Both the position numbers and the translations under genes were made by a program. A DNA stretch of 49,253 nucleotides, the filler included, from Stramenopiles sp. TOSAG23-2 (taxonomy: Eukaryota): assembly GCA_900128395.1 (NCBI GenBank). It is 2 parts of 2 records of this genome, joined end to end, with 100 filler letters (N's around TTAATTAATTAA, not from the genome) between each part and the next. Parts side by side here need not be neighbours in the genome. Positions count along the whole stretch, not along the records: positions 24,693 to 49,253 come from LT649463.1; 1 more part is not named here. One strand, given 5' to 3'. This document shows, in pieces, positions 44,597 through 49,253 of this stretch. The notes under the pieces were generated by a model, which was not told where the DNA came from, did no database searches, and saw nothing but the letters and a program-made list of their open reading frames with translations. Within the stretch, counting starts at the first letter, position 1. Each line of letters opens with the position of its first letter.

Positions 44597-45361
44597 ATGA
44601 TACCTACGTTTGGTAATAAAGTACACATCAAGAAGATTCAAAACATATCATTAGATCGACATCTTATCATCATGGGGAAGCGAAGATTAAATCAAGTTAA
44701 GACAGCAAATACTTTGCAAACGGATTATCCGAAGAAAAAAGCGAAAAAATCAAATATTGTTCGTCAGCGTAGTAATCCCACTAAGTCGAAGGGTTTAGCG
44801 AAAAAAATGCAAGGAAAGAGTCTCTTGAAAAAGGGAGAAACGAAAATGGATGCGTTTAGTAATGTAGTTAGTCAAGTTGCAAATGGTCAAGATATTTTAC
44901 TTGGTAATAGTTTTCAATTTTTCGATAATGTTAAGAATCATACACAAGTAAAAAGTGTCGAGTTTCTTAAAAAAGCTGGTACGAATGAATTTAGTGCTGA
45001 ACATTCCACACAAGACATTTTGAATGAAGTTTTGAATATTTACAACTCTCCAAATACATTTCGAGAAATGAATATATTAAAACAAATATTTAAAGTTTTG
45101 CTGTATGTCGCTGCAAATTTCGACGATGCTAATGTCGATTCACAGCGTGTTAACAAAGGATTATTGTTTTTGTCAGCATTGTTTCTTCAACATAATTTAC
45201 CTTTTCAACAAGGATCATTGTTTAAGCTTCTACTACTAGCATCTATTGTAAAACATGTCAATTTAAATCGTTATCATGAAGTTTGTAAAGAAATTGTTAG
45301 AAACTGCTTATTGTTACTATATCATGAACTTAGATGTCTTATTATGTCTTCTGAGAGTTAA
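44597..45361 (+). CDS. Hypothetical protein (basic N-terminus, helical C-terminus)
   Basis: 254-aa ORF with an alternative start at 44672 (MGKRR); no family recognised. Confidence 0.6.
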   Translation: MIPTFGNKVHIKKIQNISLDRHLIIMGKRRLNQVKTANTLQTDYPKKKAKKSNIVRQRSNPTKSKGLAKKMQGKSLLKKGETKMDAFSNVVSQVANGQDILLGNSFQFFDNVKNHTQVKSVEFLKKAGTNEFSAEHSTQDILNEVLNIYNSPNTFREMNILKQIFKVLLYVAANFDDANVDSQRVNKGLLFLSALFLQHNLPFQQGSLFKLLLLASIVKHVNLNRYHEVCKEIVRNCLLLLYHELRCLIMSSES

Positions 45362-45632
45362 TTTTTTTATTTCATAGACACGGAAAACGAAAAATGTGTT
45401 GTGTTTTATATGTGTACATGTGTGATAAATTTACCGTATCATTTTTTTTTAAAAAAAGTTTTTACTATAGTTCTATACGTATATTTTTTTTTTGAAAAAA
45501 GCCACCATACATCATCGGACCATACCTGGCATACTATAAATATAAATTCTCTAAAATATATTTTAGTGTAAAAATATTTTTCTTAAATCTTGTTGAATTA
45601 AAAGCACACACACACACACTTCTAGACCACCC

Positions 45633-47957
45633 TCAAAATGCATGTTGTGCATTCTTCTTCTTTCTTTTCATTCTTGCATTTTTAAAATAATCGGCAAACA
45701 ATGTAACACCCATTAAAGTAGTTGTTACGACTGGCGTTGTACGTGTTAACGCAGTCGTGAAATGTCTAAAATTCAATGAATTATTACCACTTAATATGGA
45801 GATAATTGGATAAGTGAAACTTGTACCAGCTATACTAGCACCAATACCACACAAACTTAATAAACCAATGTTTTCAAATTTATCATACGTTGTATCTCCT
45901 ATTTGATTATTATTATTACTATCATGACCATCTATCAAAATATTACTATATCCAGCCATTGACTTCAATGCATCATAACATGCAAAATGTACGGCCCATC
46001 GTGGCCCTATTGATAACAATGCTGCTCTAGCACCTGGACCAGTTGGATTTAAGTAAGACGATGGACGTGCTAAAACATCAGCACCTGCACCACCAATACC
46101 ACATATTGCCAATGTACCAGCATATGTCCCTAAGCTAGTATCTTGATCCCATGTGGTACTTGCATATGCTAATAAACTAAATTGTGTTGCACGTACAAAA
46201 CCAGATCGCAATGAATGCGAAAACATTCTACTTGCGCTGGATGGATGATCAATAAAGTATCTAAATGATTCACTTGGCATTCCGCTTCCATTCGTCCTTG
46301 CAGTAGTACTTAATGAAAATGGATTTATAAAAAAACTACCAATTACACTAGCAACACCAGCCGTAGCAAAATCAAGTGCATGTCGCACTATTCGTCTAAC
46401 TTTTGCTCTTCGTACATGCCCACTTTCCATGGTTTTTGACATCTCGTTATCATATGATGTTCTTTGCCCTGTGCCATCTTTACCTTTTGTTTGCCAATAC
46501 CACGTATCGGCTTCATCCCGTATACTGGCACACATATCGTTTATTAAATATGGAACTTGCTGTTTTCGTATTAATTCACAAAAATCTTCATACGTCAAAT
46601 ACCCACGTCCACTCCAAACACTTTCAGGGACTGTATTATCGACCAATTCACTTACCCGCGCTTTATCTGCTGGCATATTTCTTGATCTCATAATTGTCGA
46701 TAGCAATAACTCTAATTCCTCACGATCAATCCTACCATTATTATCATAATCCATAATTTTAAATGCAATTTCATATTCAGAATTTGATTTATGCATTAAA
46801 ACATTTAAATGGTAATAGGAGTTGAAATCAAGGTACCGTCGTTCACCTGTTGATGAATGATGTGCAGCCACGCGAAATAACATTTGTAATAAATTATTTG
46901 TCGAACCTCTGTTTTCTGGTGATACAAAAACATTTGATGTACCTGAAATGCCATCTTCTTGACATTGTAAAAAATCATCAATAGTCATTAACGGTTCCCC
47001 ACGTTCATCCTTTGAACTGGAATAACTTTTAAAACGAGAGTATAGAACATGTGCACCAGTTCTTGATAATTCTTGAAATTTACTTCGTTCCATCGCTAAT
47101 AATTGGACATCTGTTCTTGCTTTTACTTTAACATCAGTAACACGATTTGGAAACTTAATTGCAAGTTCACCGATACTATCACCAGGACCTAATGTTTGCA
47201 TATGTACTAATTTATTACCACTTCCAGAATTAACACGGTATATATCTAATTCACCCTGATCTATAATATAAAAATTATCCCCTAATGCATTTTCATGTAT
47301 TACCGTTTCGCCTTCTTTAAAGACAACTGGAAAAAATGAATTGATAACTCGCACTTTAATACTATCTTGTTGTAAATGCCTGAAAAAAGAATGTTTATTT
47401 ACCTCTCTTGCTACTCGTTTCCTCCAAGCTAATGAATTTTTTACAGCGTTTTTTTTAGATGATCCTAGAACTTTTGATACATCCTCACGTTTAATTCGCC
47501 ATACTACCCCATTCGTCGTAGCCCGTACGGTCATACCAGATTTTGTATTTTCTAATATAGCACGTTCACCAAAACTATTCCCGATACCTAACGATGCAAT
47601 ACGTCGTACTTTAATTTTACTAATCATCCCATAACGCGTTGGTACACGAACATCCTCTTTTACTAACACATCAAATGCTCCATGCTCTACGACATAGAAA
47701 TAATTATTTTCCTTACCTTGTATACATATAGATTCACCATCTTTTACTTCATATCGTTCAAATGAATTTACTAAGTTATGTTCGGTATTATAGTTATCAT
47801 TCTTGGCACTGGCATATTCTAAGTACATAGACGAAAATAGCTCATTTCTACGCAAAGCCCCACGCAATAATTTAATTAATCTTCCACTTTTATTTACATT
47901 GTTATTATTATTATTGTTATTACTATTATTATCTTTATTATTTTCAAACGTTGACAT
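45633..47957 (-). CDS. Fusion protein: two cNMP-binding domains + aralar/citrin-like EF-hand region + degenerate mitochondrial carrier domain
   Basis: CNB motifs QGKENNYFYVVEHG..SFGERAIL and GDNFYIIDQG..SIGELAI; aralar-like FKSYSS..GEPLMTIDDF; EF-hand DYDNNGRIDREE; three carrier-like Gly-rich helices ending in Pro. Confidence 0.8.
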   Translation of the reverse strand: MSTFENNKDNNSNNNNNNNNVNKSGRLIKLLRGALRRNELFSSMYLEYASAKNDNYNTEHNLVNSFERYEVKDGESICIQGKENNYFYVVEHGAFDVLVKEDVRVPTRYGMISKIKVRRIASLGIGNSFGERAILENTKSGMTVRATTNGVVWRIKREDVSKVLGSSKKNAVKNSLAWRKRVAREVNKHSFFRHLQQDSIKVRVINSFFPVVFKEGETVIHENALGDNFYIIDQGELDIYRVNSGSGNKLVHMQTLGPGDSIGELAIKFPNRVTDVKVKARTDVQLLAMERSKFQELSRTGAHVLYSRFKSYSSSKDERGEPLMTIDDFLQCQEDGISGTSNVFVSPENRGSTNNLLQMLFRVAAHHSSTGERRYLDFNSYYHLNVLMHKSNSEYEIAFKIMDYDNNGRIDREELELLLSTIMRSRNMPADKARVSELVDNTVPESVWSGRGYLTYEDFCELIRKQQVPYLINDMCASIRDEADTWYWQTKGKDGTGQRTSYDNEMSKTMESGHVRRAKVRRIVRHALDFATAGVASVIGSFFINPFSLSTTARTNGSGMPSESFRYFIDHPSSASRMFSHSLRSGFVRATQFSLLAYASTTWDQDTSLGTYAGTLAICGIGGAGADVLARPSSYLNPTGPGARAALLSIGPRWAVHFACYDALKSMAGYSNILIDGHDSNNNNQIGDTTYDKFENIGLLSLCGIGASIAGTSFTYPIISILSGNNSLNFRHFTTALTRTTPVVTTTLMGVTLFADYFKNARMKRKKKNAQHAF

Positions 47958-48547
47958 ATTATTATCTAAAATATTTTTTGTTTATATATATATTATTGAT
48001 AAATCTACTATTGTAATATTTTCAAACAAGCAAACGGGCAAGAAGAAGAAGAAGAAGAAGAAGAAAAACACAATGACGAGGAAGAAAAGATTGTATTATA
48101 CAGAAAATTACTATACAAAACTGATTTAATACAATATATGTCCTTTTAAATGATTTTTACATGGGCTGGAAGGTAGTATATGTATTTAAAAAATATAATT
48201 ATCTACAATATAAATAATATTATTGATTTTCATTTTTCATTTTTCATTTTTCTTTCATTATTGCTATTCATTAGCTTCTTATTTTTTGCCATATAAAATA
48301 GTATGGAGATAGAGGTAGAGGTACTGTCATACTAATTCTATCATAGATCAGCAAATCATACATAGCATTAAGAAATAGCAGCCGAATTTACGATTTCTCA
48401 TTTGATAGAGCCCAAAGAGCAGAAAATAGTACTGTATATTGGTAGTCTAGCTATTCTCCATCATCTAAGCCGTTTTTTTAACCACCACCAGGGTTTGACA
48501 ACAAAAGAGAGACAGGAATGCTGTCCTGCCTTATCCTCTAAGCGTGA

Positions 48548-48569
48548 AATCCACATAATTATGTGGATT
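48548..48569. repeat. 22-bp perfect palindrome AATCCACATAATTATGTGGATT; core repeated at 49238-49252
   Basis: Read directly from the sequence. Confidence 0.85.
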
Positions 48570-49253
48570 AAGGTGCCAAAATTTTAAAAAAATAAATGAA
48601 GTGCTTCTTTTCACTCAAATTGCAAAAACGACCCCTCCACACACATCTACACATACACAGCTTTCCAACCATACACATATCAAATTATGATTCCATGTAT
48701 GGATGAACATACATACATAGATACACACACACATCAACATATTTTTAAATTATGCATAATCCCTGCTGTATCCTTGCTATTAAACCGTTTTCAACAACGA
48801 GCGAAGCGAGTTGAATTTTTACCCGTTTGCTGTCAAAATGAGGCATTTTTGAGCTCAAATTCGCACTCTTTGCATCAAATTGGACCTACACTGTCTTTAA
48901 ATCAAGCTTCAAAGCCTTCTGGTATTCAGCCTATGGATCATAAACACTTGATGAATCCATATTTTGTGGTGTTTTTACAACGTTTATTGTATGTTTCTAA
49001 CGGTTTTTGATGACATCAAATGTGGTCCAGTGGTATTTAAACCATTTAGAATATATATAGTGTACTAAAATATACCTATATAATATTTTATTACATGAGA
49101 AAAAATATAGGTCTTTTCCTTAAATACATTAAAAATATACAGTTAATTTACGGAAAATATAAGGTCTGTTTTCTTTACTATTCCCTTCTTGCAAAAATAT
49201 TTCTTTTCTTTTTTAGTGATGTGTCTATGCTATAAAACCACATAATTATGTGC

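Noticed and set aside
48687-49010. 107-aa ORF near the window end
   Set aside because: It begins in CA/TA microsatellite-like sequence, has no recognisable domain and lies within a probable repeat element.

Overview
This is AT-rich, gene-dense and almost intron-free eukaryotic nuclear DNA from a protist with poly-Asn/Lys tracts; a stramenopile origin is my inference from domain architectures. The window is two contigs joined by an artificial 100-bp linker at 24593-24692 (44 N + TTAATTAATTAA + 44 N). It holds about 24 protein genes: taxilin, a giant coiled-coil protein split by one in-frame TAA, an LRR protein with one GT-AG intron, a TLC-domain protein, an IPT/TIG protein, a GCFC-domain protein, NIT1, TELO2, LSM6, a membrane J-protein, a 2xPUB-UBX protein, a secreted WW protein, OPA3, HCCS, GRWD1, a class II aldolase, ARL16, a cNMP/EF-hand/carrier fusion and several hypotheticals. 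It also has a tRNA-Arg(TCG), an isolated DIRS-type reverse transcriptase domain and a candidate Helitron 3' end. The most notable observations are: (1) a 2x cyclic-nucleotide-binding + aralar/citrin-type EF-hand + degenerate mitochondrial carrier fusion; (2) a heme lyase with a C-terminal twin-CX9C module; (3) near-perfect strand alternation of genes, with a TACTTC(TC)GTA motif clustering in tail-to-tail spacers; (4) a stand-alone intact RT domain between a tRNA and an atypical secreted amphipathic protein; (5) WW domains behind a signal peptide. All family calls come from motif recognition by eye; no searches were run.
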